Of a stretch of DNA of 64,000 nt, positions 13,961 through 29,585 are shown piece after piece. Numbering within the stretch: position 1 is the stretch's first letter; every line of letters starts with the position of its first letter. The stretch comes from the human T2T-CHM13v2.0 reference genome, Homo sapiens. The notes beneath the pieces are model-generated. The model made no database searches. It was not told the DNA's origin and saw only the letters and a program-made list of their open reading frames with translations. The stretch is from NCBI RefSeq assembly GCF_009914755.1, contig NC_060940.1, one strand, 5' to 3'. Both the position numbers and the translations under genes were made by a program.

Positions 13961-14489
13961 TCTTTATGGTGAGAGAATGGCTACTTTCCCACAGACAAGA
14001 CATTTGATTCAGCTGCGTATGTTCTTTAGCCATATCAATGGTAATAAATATGGGCTGAAAGGATTGATTTAATGATTTGACAAATATTTTCAAATATATT
14101 CAACATATATTGTGTATATAATATGTGCCTAATTTTGGAGACACAGTGTTGAAAAAGAGCAAGCTTCCTACTCAAATTGAAATTTAATTGTAGTGTCAAA
14201 GAAAAACAATGAATAACAAACAAACATGCAATATGATGCTAAGTAGTAATACTGTTATGAAGAACAAATAAAGGAGGGTAGAAGGTATAGAAAGTGACAG
14301 GAGATGCTTTTAGGTAGAACAGAGGTCTGAATAATGCAATGAATTAAAGGGTGAATGAGGAAATGAATGAGGAGCAGAAGGAAGATAAAGCAGACAGTGT
14401 GATGGTAGCTTCCAAGAACACTTCAGTCCAGATAAAAATGTGTAGGATGGATTTAGACTTTCCAAACATATGGTTAACTTTAAGAGTCT

Positions 14490-15890
14490 AGAAAGTGATA
14501 AGTAAATTAAAGCAAAAATAAATAGAAGAAATTGATACAAAAAATAAGAGCTGATATAAAGAAATAAAAAAGCAAACAGATAAAAGCAAAAGTTGGTTCT
14601 TTGAAATGACCCACAAAATTGATTAACTGTCAGATTGCTGAAACAAAAAAGAGAAAACACAAAATACCAATATCAGGAGTGAAGGAGACATTGTAACTAC
14701 AGATCCTACAGACATTAAAAGTTTAAGAAGAAAACATTAGGAATAATTGACAACATATTCAATAATCTATATGAAATGGTGACATTCTTTGAAAAATAAA
14801 ACTCACCAAAATTGACACAAGATGAAACAGAAGATCTGAATGATCCTAAATCTAATAAAGAGATTGAGTTGGTTTTCAAAAACATCCTCACAAAGAAAAC
14901 TCGAGGCCCAGATATTTCACTAGTGACTTCTATTACGCATTTAAGGAAAGAATAATAACAATCTTATATAAACTTTATATGAAAATTAAGGATAGAACAC
15001 TTTCTAACTAGTTTTATGAAGACAGCAAAACCCTTATACCAACACTTGCCAAAGGTATCACAAAAAAATCATAATTACAGATCAATATAATTTATGAATA
15101 CTTCTCAAAATAAAAAAATGCTTAACAAATTGTTCACAAACTAAATCCAATAATATATAAAAAATAATAATATGTCATGAACAAGTAGAGCTTATCCCAG
15201 GAATGTAAGGTTGGTAATTCACCATATTAACAGAAGGAGGATAAAAATCATATAATCATTTTAATAGATTCAGAAAGCATTTATCAAAATTCAACACACA
15301 TTCATGAATAAAAACTCTCCACAAATTAGGAATATAACAGAACTTAATCAAGTTGGTAAAAGATATCTGTGGGAAACCTATGGCTAAACATCACACTTAA
15401 TGCTGAAAGACTGAACACTTTTCCAATAAAGATCAGGAAAAAGGCAAGGCCATCTTACCACTTTTATGTGACATTGTACTAGAGGTTATAGTCATTTCAA
15501 TAAGTCAAGGAAGGGACATAAAAGACATAAAGTTGAATGCTAGACATAAAACTGCTTCTATTTGCAGATGTCATGAGTGTTTATGTAGAAAATATTAAGG
15601 ATTCTAGAAAGCAACTACTGCAAATAATAAAGCATTTTAGCAAGGTCCCAAGATACACAATTAATATCACAAAAATCAGTTATGATTTTATATACTAGCA
15701 GTAAACAACTGGAAAATGAAGTTAAAATTTTCACTTAGCCTCAAAAAACATATAATACTTAGAAATAAATTTAACAAAACATACATGAAAGTTTTAAATT
15801 GACCTATTAATATAAAACATTCCTGAAATTAAAGGACATTAAATAAATGGAGAGCTATATACCATGATCATAGATTGAGTGACTCAAAAC
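14490..15890 (+). mobile_element. Old L1 (L1M) degenerate ORF2 fragment
   Basis: A-rich; AAAAGTTGGTTCTTTGAAA, ACAGATCCTACAGACATTAAAA, CCCAGGAATGTAAGGTTGG, TTTGCAGATGTCATG; multiple stops. Confidence 0.85.
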
Positions 15891-15936
15891 ACGTGGTAGG
15901 ATGTTTCATTTTTCATTCATTCTTCACCCAACTCCA

Positions 15937-15983
15937 ACACACACACACACACACACACACATACACACACGTGCACACACACA
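15937..15983. repeat. (CA)n microsatellite
   Basis: Directly visible. Confidence 0.95.
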
Positions 15984-16679
15984 TTGCTTCTTCTCCAGCT
16001 TTAAAGTTATCCAACTGAAAATTTAATATTATTTTATTGTGGTAATGTGAGATGAATTAAATGTCATTTTACTAAAGATGTCTCCCCACCTACGGCCTAT
16101 TAAAGCACCTGTAACCACTGTATGAATCACTCCAAAAAGTCACTTTCTTAGTGGTAGAACAAGACTCTGCACGATGTAGACTCTGCATACCTTCCCATCC
16201 ACATTTTTCAGATTTACTGAATGTTTTGCTCATTCCATCTCTAGTCCATTGGCCTTTGCATTTGCCATTCATTCCGGAAAATTTCCTTCCCTCCTGTTGC
16301 AAAACCATTAGATCTCAGCTTAGACAAATACTCTAGGAATAATGAAATGTCTGCCGTTCCTCCAGGAAGGGTCCCACCCCAATCACAGACTGAACAATGT
16401 TTACACATAAACACATTCCCATCTCATTCATGTAAGTACAGTTTGCAAGAAATCTGCGATGCAAATGTGTACATATTTTCAACCAATGCTTGTGGGGAAA
16501 CATTGTGCTTTGGGCCATTTCAACTTCAAAATCTAATGAATCCAATCATTCCAAATATTCTCATGGGATTAATAACATATCTTATATGTATAAAGCATGG
16601 CCTCTTCCCATGAGTCCCGACTACAACCAGTGTTTTGGAGAATGTGTTTCACTCCAATATTCAGACTCCTGAGATCTTG

Positions 16680-17190
16680 ATAGGTATGTAAATTGCCTGT
16701 CCAATCTCCATTCTCCCCTTTTTTCTTGGTAACAGAGCCCTGATTTTATTCAGAGAAGCAATACATCTAACTAAAGGTCTATATCCCCAGCCTTCACTGT
16801 AGTAAGGTAGGACAGTGTTGACTAAATTCTGACCTTTATAGAAGTGTTGTGTGGCTTTTCAAGGAATATTCTTAAAGGAAGCTGATTGGGGTGAGAACTA
16901 TGTTTTCGGGGATTTTCCCTCTTTTTCCTTCCTTCCTGCTGTCAATAAAGTAACCGTGATGACCAGAACTTTAACAACTGTGTTTGACCATGAAGCTATC
17001 TTGAAGATGGAGTTGCTGTGGGCTCAGTTATGCCAGAGGAGACAACAAGAGGGGTAGAAACTACAATATCTGCTTTGGGCAACGTACCTCTGCACTGCTT
17101 CTCATGGGACAGTAAGCCTTTGAGAGTCCGAGCCACGGCCATTGAGCGTTTTCGGTTATTTGCAGCTGAACCTTATCAAACTAATATTGA
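16680..17190 (+). mobile_element. Old MaLR LTR (MLT1I/J-like)
   Basis: GGTAACAGAGCCCTGATTTTATTCAG..CCCCAGCCTTC..GTTATTTGCAGCTGAAC. Confidence 0.55.
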
Positions 17191-17254
17191 CAACTTGGGA
17201 ATTTAACCAACAGGAAGTGAAAAACATAGCTGCCCCAGCCTCCAATCATACAGG

Positions 17255-17420
17255 AAAGGAGGAGAAAAGGGGGGAGAAGAGAGAGGAAGAAAAGGAGTTG
17301 AGGAAGAGGATGAAGATGATGAGGAGGAAGGGAAGGAGGAAGAGCAGAAGAACGATGAGAATGAGAAAGATGGGGAGGAGGACAGTGAGGATGAGGAGGA
17401 GGATTATGAGGAGGAGGATT
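17255..17420. repeat. Degenerate GAG/GAT/AAG trinucleotide low-complexity tract
   Basis: Directly visible purine-rich triplets. Confidence 0.9.
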
Positions 17421-17429
17421 GTAACAGCA

Positions 17430-17620
17430 GCAAATACATAGATGGTGCATGTGTGCCAGGCCCTGTTACCTATTCTTACTGACTTAATCCTCTTAATCAA
17501 CCCTATGAAGTCACTATTATCATCCCCATTTTATAAATAAGGCGAGGCTAAGAGAGGTGAAATAAATCACCTGTGGCCACACAGTTTATGGTTGAAACTG
17601 CTGAGTTTACTCCTGCTATG
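17430..17620 (-). mobile_element. MIR
   Basis: TGTGCCAGGCCCTGTT..TTAATCCTC..AACCCTATGA..CATCCCCATTTTA. Confidence 0.7.
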
Positions 17621-18729
17621 ATCAAACCTCTTTCCTGTGTCTTTGAAATACTGAACAGCAAAGGCTGCAAGGATTGGAAACCCTTTTTAGAGATTTCAAG
17701 GATTGCCTTCTTGCTTTTTAGTTTTTCTTGGTCTCGCTTCCCCCAACTATTTTGTAGATTCCTTTAAAGGAAGGAGAGTAACATGGTTTGTGAAAAAAGT
17801 GAAATATAATGATATGATATATAATGTAAAAGTAGGCTTAAAGATACTTGAAAATAAGTAGTCATAACAGGGAAAACGGGCACATCCAAAAACTACAATC
17901 AAAAGTACAAGGGCACTCTTTATATAACATTCTCAAAACGTCAAAGTTACAGCGACATGCCAAAAATTATACAAATCAATGGTTTCCAGGGTTAGGGTTC
18001 GGGGAAGGCTGTGCTCGTCAATAGCATTGCACCAGTGTTAGTTTCTTGGGTAAAGAAGGGAGCTTCACCATTACCTCTGGGTCATCCTGGGCACCTCTGT
18101 GTTGACTGCCCAGGTCATATTCTGTTAACACGGCTTAAAAAAATTTTTTTAAAGGAAAACAAAAGTGACTTTAAACTCACCCCTGAAAAAGGTTATTAAA
18201 AGACAGTATTTACTTTACAAAAAAAAAAAAAAAAGCAACCCAACCTCTTTGCAGAAGTTCATAAAAATCCCTGTACGCATCAAGACTGAGAGGCTTTTCA
18301 ATTATAAATGAGACTTTAAAAGGTAGACAGAACCCCTGAAGCTTCCACATACCACGCACCATTGTGGCGGATGGAAGGAAAACCGTCGCCCTGTGTTGAC
18401 GGCGTATTTATAATTGAAGAGTTTGAGAACGCAAATGCAAATGAATCAACACCAACAGGGATGTCTAAAAGACATAAGTGAGAATTACGGCAATTAAGAA
18501 TGTTGTCTCAGAGGAAATTAGACTGGGCCATTAATTACAATGCCTTAAAGGGAAAGAGGTCCCAGTGAAAATGCAATAAATTAAAATATCAAAAAGAAAA
18601 TTAGTGGGAAGGAAACATGGAAGTGCCAATGAGAAGCTAATCTCAGAGGTGGTGATGGGGAAGAGAAGGGAGAAGGCATATTGAAAGCGAATATTGAAGA
18701 GGTGAGGCAGACCTGCCCAGGCTAAATCC

Positions 18730-18995
18730 TCCTGCCCTCCCTTCTTTTCTCCTCCTCTGTCTCCTTCCTTCCCTCCTTCCTTTTTCTCTCCTTTTCTTCT
18801 TTCCTCTCTCCTTTCTCACCTCCCATCTCTATTCTTTCCTTACTTTTCTTCCTTTCTCCTTCCTTCTCTTACCCCTCCATACTTCCCCCTTTCCTTCCTT
18901 CTCTACTCCCCCTTTTTCCTTCCTTCCCACCATTCTTTTCTTCTTCTGACCTTCCCTGCTCTCTCCTTTCACTTTTCCTGTCCCCTCCTTTCCCT
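18730..18995. repeat. Polypyrimidine (CT-rich) low-complexity tract
   Basis: About 265 bp of almost pure C/T. Confidence 0.9.
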
Positions 18996-19308
18996 GTGAC
19001 TTCAAAGTACCAAATCCTAAGAGGCAGAGACACACCAGGAGCCATCGCTCTGCCCAGGGAGAAATTAGAATCTGCCTTGGGAAGCCCACACGCATCTGCT
19101 GCTGCCTGGCTGCATCTCCCCTGCCCTTGCCCTTTAAATCAGCTGCCAGGCTCCTCAAGGGGAGCAGCCACTAGACTGTCCCCAGTGAATGGCCCAGGTG
19201 TCCCTGCTCACTCCTGGTCCAGTGACACTCTAATGTTCCTTGGCTTTAAGTTCTCAAAAATCATGTGTATTTATTTGTCTCCTCAACTTGGCAGGGAAAA
19301 TCTTGAGC

Positions 19309-19351
19309 GTGTGTGTGTGTGTGTGTGTGTGGTGTGTATGTGTGTGTGTGT
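19309..19351. repeat. (GT)n microsatellite at Alu tail
   Basis: Directly visible. Confidence 0.95.
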
Positions 19352-19636
19352 TTTGTTTTGACATGGAGTCTTTGTTACCCAGGCTGGAGTGCGGTGGCAC
19401 ATCTTGGTCTCAAAGCAACCTCTGCTCCCAGGTTCCAGTGATTCTTATGCCTCAGGCTCCCGAGTAGCTGGGACTACAGTCATGTGCCACCAGGCCCGGC
19501 TAATTTTGTATTTTTAGTAGACACAGGGTTTCACCATGTTGGTCAGGCTGGTCTCAAACTCCTGACCTCAGGTGATCCACCTGCCTCAGCCTCCCAAATT
19601 GCTGGGATTACAGGCATGATCAACCACGCCTGGCCA
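19351..19636 (-). mobile_element. Alu
   Basis: CCAGGCTGGAGTGCGGTGG...ACCACGCCTGGCC. Confidence 0.96.
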
Positions 19637-19974
19637 GCTTTTGTTTTTTGATATAGGTACTAACCAGACCCTCTGGATGTGGCACCTCCTCTCTTCTGGT
19701 GTTCTTCCAACTCTACACCATGGACATCCTCTAACCCTACCTTGCCGCAATCCAGCATCCCTCTCTGCCACAGGCAGGAATGACCAATCCTCCAATTTCC
19801 TCACCTGTCTAGGCTTCCACATGACATTCTCAAGTATCTCTATGATAGGAAGAGTTGCTTTCTATGGTGCAAAACTGTCCCAACTTCAGTGGTTTTTTTT
19901 TTTTTTTCCTGTAAACACTTTTTACCTGCATAATGATTCACTTAATAGTACTCTTTAAAAAACCGCATTAAAAA

Positions 19975-20736
<762 letters not shown>

Positions 20737-20929
20737 TAAATTCAAATACTTTAGCCTCACCTGAAAGCAATAACATCTGTGAAACCAAGGCTTTTCTACA
20801 CAAGTTATGGATCTTTTTCTTGTGAATATTAACATAAACACATGTCTACACAACGTAAAATGTCCAATCAGTTTCCTTCATGGGTTTGCCTCTTGTGAGC
20901 GGCAACACTTCTTGTACAAGAAACACTGC

Positions 20930-21110
20930 TGGGGTGAGAAAGTACAGGATACGAATTAAGTACAATCCAATTTGGTTTCACCACCTGCTGTAGGATGTTG
21001 GGAAAACTGGGTATTACCCTTGGATCCTCAGTGTTTCCATCTGAACACTGGGTATAATTATGTTTGTCTTTCTAACGGTTGTTTAGGGACTTAATGCATG
21101 TAGTAGGATA
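20930..21110 (+). mobile_element. MIR
   Basis: CCTCAGTGTTTCCATCTGAACACTGGGTATAAT core. Confidence 0.6.
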
Positions 21111-22779
21111 CATGTATTTCCTTTCTCCATGACTATAACTCCTATCTCCCTATCCTGTGTGTTCAATTCACTAGGAGGCTGGGACAACTTTAATACCACT
21201 TTTAAGTACTGGTCAGATGTCTAGCCCCATACCTCATGTTTGCTTAAGTGGTGGTATGAGAACGGCGAGGGCGTCTGAACTTCTTTCAAAGTAGACCATA
21301 AGCTCTTTGATAAATAGGCAATATTTCACAATTCTTTGCATCACCTTGATGCTCACCTGGTGCCAAGCATATGGAGGTGCTCCATCAATACCTGCTGACC
21401 CACTGATTGATTTCCCATTCTGGCCAGAACTCTGAGCACAGTCAATGTGGGGCTCTGCTGGAGGTGTGGAGGTGAGGTCGGCTAACAGCTTCCATGGAGC
21501 AGACCTGGCTTTAAGACATGGCTGCAAATAGTTCCCCAAGCTCGAAGGCTTGCCAACTCAGCTACCATTTCCCATCTGTGTTTCTATTTTTCCTGTGAGA
21601 GTAGCTTTATTGATCTCATTAATTCTCTTTTCCATTTTTGGCATGGGAAGGTGATATTATCCACGCTTTAATGCCTTCTGTGTTTTGCAAATTACAGGAT
21701 TACTATAGATGGAATGACCAAAAAAATAAAAATAAAAAAACACTGTTTTCACAGAATTGTGGCAAAAGCCATGAACTGTCCTTCATTTAAATAGATGGGG
21801 GTAATCTGTCCTGGGGGGTCCATTCACTCAGGTCCAAGGTCCGCAAACACAGAGGGAGAATTTTCTCTCAGCTATTTCTGTGTGAAGCAATGCAAATATT
21901 TTTCTCACTTGAACATTTTCGTTTTTGAATTACTGATGGCAGTGATAGGTTTCCTAATAAGGTTTCTTTTCTTCTTTTACAGCAATTACATTTGACTATT
22001 TTTTCTTCTCTTCATTGAACATTAGTTTGAGGAGGTCTTAAAAGGATTCATCTGAGGAATGCTGTGGCTCAAGGTTTGGAGTTCAATAAGTATTTTATGA
22101 AAAAGAAATCTCTGCTGCTCTGCTGTAAAGACAAGGAAAAGTACCTCTTATGCAAGTTCTTTTAGTTCGATAACTAATTAAAATCACAACCACCACTAAG
22201 AGAAAAGTTTCTCCTGATCTTATCTACTGCTACTTAGAACTCTTTACAAGAGAAGGAGAAAGAAAAATAAAATAAGTGATTTCCCCATAGACTGTGGGTC
22301 TCCCAGGACAGGTCTGCTTTATCTTTATGGGTCTCCCCAGAGCCTAGGTTAGTGTCTAGAACTGCGAAGGCACCTAATAAATGCTGACTAAAGAGCAAAA
22401 TGAATGGACTTGTTTTCCTTTTAATTTTTTAATTGAAATATAATAATCTATATGCTCAAAAGTGCAGAAATCCTAATTAAACAGTTAGATACATTTTTAC
22501 AAATTTGCAATCACCTGCAAAACCAAAACCTCAATCAAGAAACACAATAACATAACCCCAGAAATCCTGTACCCGCCACTTTCCAATCATTATCCTCCAA
22601 ATATAACCACTGTCCTGACTTCTAACAGCACATTCTAGTTTTGCTTTTGGGATTATACAGGGTGTCTTCTTTTGTGACCATATTCTTCCATTCAACATTA
22701 GAATTCTGAACTCCATCTGTACTGATGCATATACTTTCAGCTTGTTCATTCTCATTGCTATAGGGTGTTCCATCATGGG

Positions 22780-23511
22780 TGCCATGGACTGAATGTTTGT
22801 TTTCCCCCAAAACTCATTGATTGAATCCCTAATTAGCAATGTGATGGTATTTGGAAATGGTGCCTTTGAGAGGCAATTTGGATTTGAAGAAGCCATAAGA
22901 GTGAGGCTCTTATGATGGGACTAATGCCCTTATGAAATGAGGAAATGACATGAGATCAATCTCTTTTTCTCTCTCTCCGCTTGTATATGCACCAAATAAA
23001 GGCCATGTGGACATATGAGAAGACAGCTGTCTGCAAACCAGGAAGAGGGCCCTCACCAGGCAACAAATTAGCTGGCACCTTGATCTTGGACTTTCCAGCC
23101 TTCAGAACTGTGAGAAATAAATATTTGTTATTGAAACCACCCAGACTGGGTGCAGAGGTTCACGCCTGTAATCCCACCACTTTGGGAGGCTGAGGCAGGA
23201 GTATAGCTTGAGGTCAGGAGATCAAGACCAGCCTGGCAAACATGGTGAAAACCTGTCTTTGCTAAAGATACAAAAATTAGCCAGGCATGGTGGCATGTGC
23301 CTGTAATCCCAGCTATTCCGGGGGCTGAGGCAAGAGAATCTCTTGCACCTGGGAGGTTGAAGCTGCAGTGAGCTGAGACTGCACCACTGCATTCTAGCCC
23401 AGGCAACAGAGAGAGACCTTGAAACGAAAAAAAAAAAAAAGAGAAAGAAAAGAAAAGATAGATCATCCAGCCTATGATATTTTGGTATGGCATGCAAAAC
23501 TGACCAAGACA
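22780..23511 (+). mobile_element. MLT1A-like MaLR LTR containing an Alu
   Basis: TGCCATGGACTGAATGTTTG...AACTGACCAAGACA; near-TSD ATGGG/ATGGA. Confidence 0.85.
23144..23458 (+). mobile_element. Alu
   Basis: Dimer with A-rich tail. Confidence 0.96.
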
Positions 23512-24526
23512 ATGGAAATATGCCACAACTAATTTATCCATTCCACAGCTGATGGGCATTTGGCACCTTTAAGTTTGGAGCTATCATGAAATGCATTGCC
23601 ATAGAAAATCTAATACGTGTCTTTTGGTAATCACATGTTTTTCTGTTGGGTTGTGTCCCTGGGAATGGAAATGGATCATAAGATGTGTACAGTTTTAGCC
23701 TTGGTGGAAGCTGCCCAACATTTTCCCAAAGGGTTTATACCAATGTATATTCCCAGTAACAGTACATAAACATCCTACTTGCTCCATATCCTTGCCAGCA
23801 CTTGATGTTGTCAGTCTTTTTAATTTTAGCATTCGGGTGGGTGTGTAGTAGGATCTCATTGTGTATGTGTGTGTGTGTGTGTGTGTATGTGTGCAATTTC
23901 TCTTTATTTTGAGATAATTGTAGATTCACATGCAGTTGTAAAAAATAATACAGAGATATGTCATATGCCCTTCACTCACTTTCTCACAATGGTAACATCT
24001 TGCATACCTACGGTACAATATCGCAATGTGGAAATTGATGTTGATAGAATCTAACCTCAGTCAGATCTCACCAGTTTTGCCATGTATAGAGTCACTGATC
24101 ATCACAGTCAAGGTATGGAACAGTGTCACTGCAAGGATCTTTCCTGCTACTTTTATATCCACTGCTATCTCCATGCTGCTCCCTAACCCCTGGTAACCAC
24201 TAAACTATTCCCCATATCCATAATGTTGCCATTTCAGTAATGTTCTATGAATGGAATTGCATAGTATGTGACCTTTTGAGATTGGCTTTTTCCACTCAGC
24301 GTAATTCTGTCAAGATCCATCCAATAGGTTGGTTGCCTGTATCAGAATTGCATTCCATGAACAAACTTTTGAAGAAACTACGCATCTCATTTCCAAACAG
24401 TTATTTTTAGTAGTTTATTTGTTTTCTATTCAAGGGATGGCAAAACAGACTTGCACATTTTTTTCATTTGTTCATTAGTTTAATGAACATTTATAAAGTA
24501 CCAACTGCATGTTGAGCACTGTGCTA

Positions 24527-24755
<229 letters not shown>

Positions 24756-25379
24756 TTGGGGAGACAGACTTATACATTTAATAAGACAATACAGCATTAC
24801 AGGTGGCAACACAGAGCTGTGCATACATTTCAGTCAGGAATAAAGAAGGAAATGGCTGACTTTATGAGGATAGGGTGGAAGACGAGTCCAGGAGATACTT
24901 TTTAAGGGCATGATGCATAAACCAAGTCTTGGAAGTTGAATAGGTTGCCTGATGTCTGTGGATGAGAGAGGAGGCAAGAGAAAAAGGGGCGTTTCTGAGC
25001 ATAAAGAACAGCTTAGGCATAAGCATGGAGGCGGGAAGAAGTCGATACTCAATTTGGAACTCAGCACACCAGGATTCACTAAGCCTGAAAAGTGAGTGGG
25101 GCTGCTGAAGAGATGAAGAGTTAAGGATCACCATCTTTCAGGAACACTCATTCTTACTGAAGACACAGTCCCAAGCTGCTGCCCAGATGCCACCAGCAGA
25201 ATCCTACTGAAACATTGAAACTGCCCTTCTAAAGTTTATACAATTAATTAGGGAAGAAAGGAGGGAGCTTACAGCACATTCAGCATTAATCATTAGGGAG
25301 CTTGCTCTCTGATCTGCTTCCTCACAGCTGTTTGGCGCCTATTGCCTCAGAATCACATAGACCCTGTGACAAGGTTATA

Positions 25380-25761
<382 letters not shown>

Positions 25762-26459
25762 TAGCTCCCCTTAACTGCTCTACAAATAACAAATCATTCA
25801 TTGTGAAATGTTATGTTTTTCATTTGAGATATTCTTTCAGGTCCTACACACCAGTGAAACTACTGACATCAGCTGCTCTGAAGGACTTCACAAGAAGCTA
25901 ACTCACCAAAGAATGCAGTTTCCATATCTTGATGGTTTCATCCCTTTTACCCCCACTAATCAACAACTCCAATTTTCCAGCCCCTTGCCTGATGGTCTCC
26001 TTAAAAGCCCCAGCCCAGAACTCCTCAGGGAAGTGAATTGGAGGGTCCCTGTCTCCTTGCCTGGTTGCCCTGTGAACATTAAACACTTTCTCTGCTGCAA
26101 ACCCTGCTGTCTCAGATTTTTAGTCTGTTACTGCACAGAAGGCTTATACACCTGTCAGTCCTGTGACAGTAATATGAGTCTTCTGGGCTCCAGCCACACT
26201 GTTTACAAAACAGTTTACAAAACTGTTTCTCACAGACCCCTGCATTAGACACGACCAAAGACAGTGACTTGAGTTACACGGCTTTTACATTTCTGTCTCA
26301 TGAGTGTTTATCTGTCAGTTGTGCCTAACACAGAGCACACACACACACACATACACACACACCCATCCATCCACCTACCTTGGTGTCAAACACGCAAACT
26401 TTCTTTCTTGCCCCTTCCCCTGAAATGGGAATGAGAGGCATTCCTTAAGTACTCACAAT

Positions 26460-26635
26460 AGTAAGCACATATGTTACCCCTCCTCTAAGACAATGTTCCA
26501 AGAGCCTTCCATATGTCTGTTCCTTATTATAGTCCTCTGATCTAAGTAGGCCTATTATCACACCCAATTTCTAGATAAGGAAACTGAGTCACAATGAGGC
26601 TAAGTGACTCACCCCAGGTCACACAGCTCAGTTCG
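26460..26635 (-). mobile_element. MIR
   Basis: GATAAGGAAACTGAGTC..AAGTGACTCACCCCAGGTCACACAGCT. Confidence 0.7.
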
Positions 26636-26689
26636 CAGAGACGAGCGCACTCGCGTGCCTACTCCCTCCATGAGTGTGGCAACAAGGAG

Positions 26690-26870
26690 GGTATGGACTC
26701 TGGAGACTGATTATGTGAATAAAACCTGGCCCTGCTGCTTGTAAGCTGTGTGACTTGGGTGGGTCACTTAACTCACTGTGCCTCAGTTTCCTTGTGGATA
26801 CAGTCAAGGTAGAGGCAGCCTACCTGGCAGTAGGTGCTGAAATGACAGTAGATAAAAAGATCATGCTCCT
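26690..26870 (+). mobile_element. MIR
   Basis: GGACTCTGGAG..GCTGTGTGACTTGGG..CACTTAAC..TGTGCCTCAGTTTCCT. Confidence 0.75.
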
Positions 26871-27199
26871 TCAGCATGAAAGGGTTTCAAGTGGAAAGCT
26901 CAATTCTTCTTCTAAAAAGTTAATAGGATGAAGTTAGAGGGTTCATCAGTCTACTCAGCATCTAAACCAACACACTCGCACCAAGGCTAATGTCATCATG
27001 ACAGTTTTCAGCCCACAGGTGTCTCCTGATTTAATTATCAAGAGAGTCCCATTACTTGGTATATGAAAGTGAGATAAAAACCTATCCAAGGGGCATTTTC
27101 TTCGGCTTCCATTTTTGGATATTGGCACTTGCTGATTCCCCTCTCTGCCTTGTGCTACCTTCTTCCCTTCCTCCTTTTCCTCACCCAGTTAATGCCTCA

Positions 27200-27545
27200 C
27201 TTCCTTAGAACTCCAGCCAAAGAGTCAATGCCCCAGGTGTATCTACCTTAATCTTCTAAGGCTAGTTCAGAGCTCCCTGTTACATGTTTGCATAGCATCT
27301 TTTATTTTTCCCTGAGTTCTTATCACAATTTATAATTATATATAAATATGTGTGTGTGATTATCTACTTAATAAACATCTCTTCTATTATAATTTAAGAG
27401 TAATAGAACTGAGACAATCTTTATTTTTACTTAGCATTTAATATCCATGGCATAGTACTTGCACATAGTAGGCACTCAATACATGCTTACAGAGTAGATG
27501 AATGAGTAAGCATATGAAAAAATTAAAAAATCTGAATGAATGAAT
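27200..27545 (+). mobile_element. L2 3' end
   Basis: GCACATAGTAGGCACTCAATACATG...TGAATGAATGAAT. Confidence 0.7.
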
Positions 27546-28670
27546 CACCAAAGTTTCATCAAAAAGAATTTGATGTCCTGTAATGACTTCGATTCCCTGA
27601 AATGTCTTGGTTGCTGCTGGTGCCATAGACTTTCTGGACACCCAAGGAATAATATTTCAGATAGACTCATGAGGTTTCCAGGCTTCTGCGAATCAAATCC
27701 AGCCCAGCCCAGCCCAGCCTTCCTGGGAAGTCTGTATTTAAGTCCCCCAGTTTGATTTCCATCATCATCCACTGCAAGCGAGAGCAGTTGATTTTCTTTA
27801 ATTAAGGCAGGAAGGATGGCTTCCTGAATGGGTAATATATCTCCCAAGTTCAGCATTTCATCTGCACAGCCCACATTTCACTCGGAAATGGGACAGATTC
27901 ATTAAAAGTATGGCCAGACAGCTTCCTCTTTGGTTGCTTGTTTGCCTACCTTTAATGAATGAATACATAACGTGCCTATTCATTACCAACTTTTGAGTGG
28001 AAGTAATTGCTGGGTTCCCTCGTTTGCTTGGAACAATGTTCTTTGCATTTGAAGTGTCTTCTGCCTCAGTCACCACAGTAATTCCCAATCAATGGGCCAA
28101 AGACACCCTCCAGGGGCAGATATTCACCTCCAGCTCACCTTTGAGAGAAGTAATCACTCTTCTAGTCCTCCAGGGCCTCATTCAGTGCACTAGGAATGCT
28201 CATTTATGGCAGGAGACCCTGGGACCCTAAGAAGTAAATGAGACTGGGAGGCCCATTAATTCTCTGAGTACACCCTGGGGGCACCTGGGGCATTATAATG
28301 TAATTACTACTAAGAAAGACTAAATTCCAATGTACTTTGTCAAAAAGCATTTTACAGAAAGTACTCAGTTTGGCCCTCCCTATGATCATGTGCTTAACTT
28401 TGGCCACAGGAAATCTAGGGGGCCATTTGGGTGACTCTTGGTTGACTCAAGGTTTAAGGGACCCTTGAGACTTTATCCCTCATCCCCAAATCATTAACAA
28501 ACATTTGCCAAGTGCCTACACTGAGTATAAATTAAAGATTACTGGGTCCCTCATCTGTATCCTGGACCTGTACAACACAGCTGTTCTAGTGGTCTCCCAG
28601 CCTCCTTCACTGCCTCCGCCAGTTTTATTTTCTCCATGATTGCACAGTGGTCTTTCCAAAACATAAATGT

Positions 28671-29212
<542 letters not shown>

Positions 29213-29269
29213 CTATGACCATCTTGTATTATTTGAAACGCTAGATCAGATTCAGAGCCCTAGAAGAGA

Positions 29270-29585
29270 GAGGCAGGTTGCATCACTTTACGATCAGAGC
29301 CATGAGTAAAGTGATAGGGAGTGGTGAGGAATGGGACAAACTGGTGAGCACACGCCCTCTCTGTGAGGGGCAGCTATACCACCCAGCAATATCTAATTGT
29401 TGCCATGAAAGGATGTGGGTTCAGTGTTTTCATATCCACTACTTTCCAGGAGAAGCTGAAAATCTGAAATTTTATCTGAAATATTTTTTAAATATGGTAT
29501 ACTCCATCGTAACTTTTAAAATGTTAAAGGCCTTCCAAAGTGGGCCTGAGCTCTTAGGTGCTAGCTGCTGACTCTTGACCTCTAC
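29270..29585 (-). mobile_element. MER102-like hAT fossil
   Basis: TTGTTGCCATG..GAGAAGCTGAAAATCTGAAATTTTAT. Confidence 0.6.

Larger units (their letters stand above)
22420..24355 (-). mobile_element. Old L1M 3' fragments, interrupted by MLT1A, Alu and (TG)n
   Basis: TTTAATTGAAATATAA.., TTGCTCCATATCCTTGCCAGCACTTG, GATAATTGTAGATTCACATGCAGTTGTAA. Confidence 0.75.

Noticed and set aside
14490-15890. L1 ORF2 as a coding reverse transcriptase
   Set aside because: Heavily degenerate, with no long ORF on the sense strand
17142-17500. Charged or His/Pro-rich ORFs on both strands
   Set aside because: Products of a GAG/GAT low-complexity tract next to a MIR; no splice or homology support
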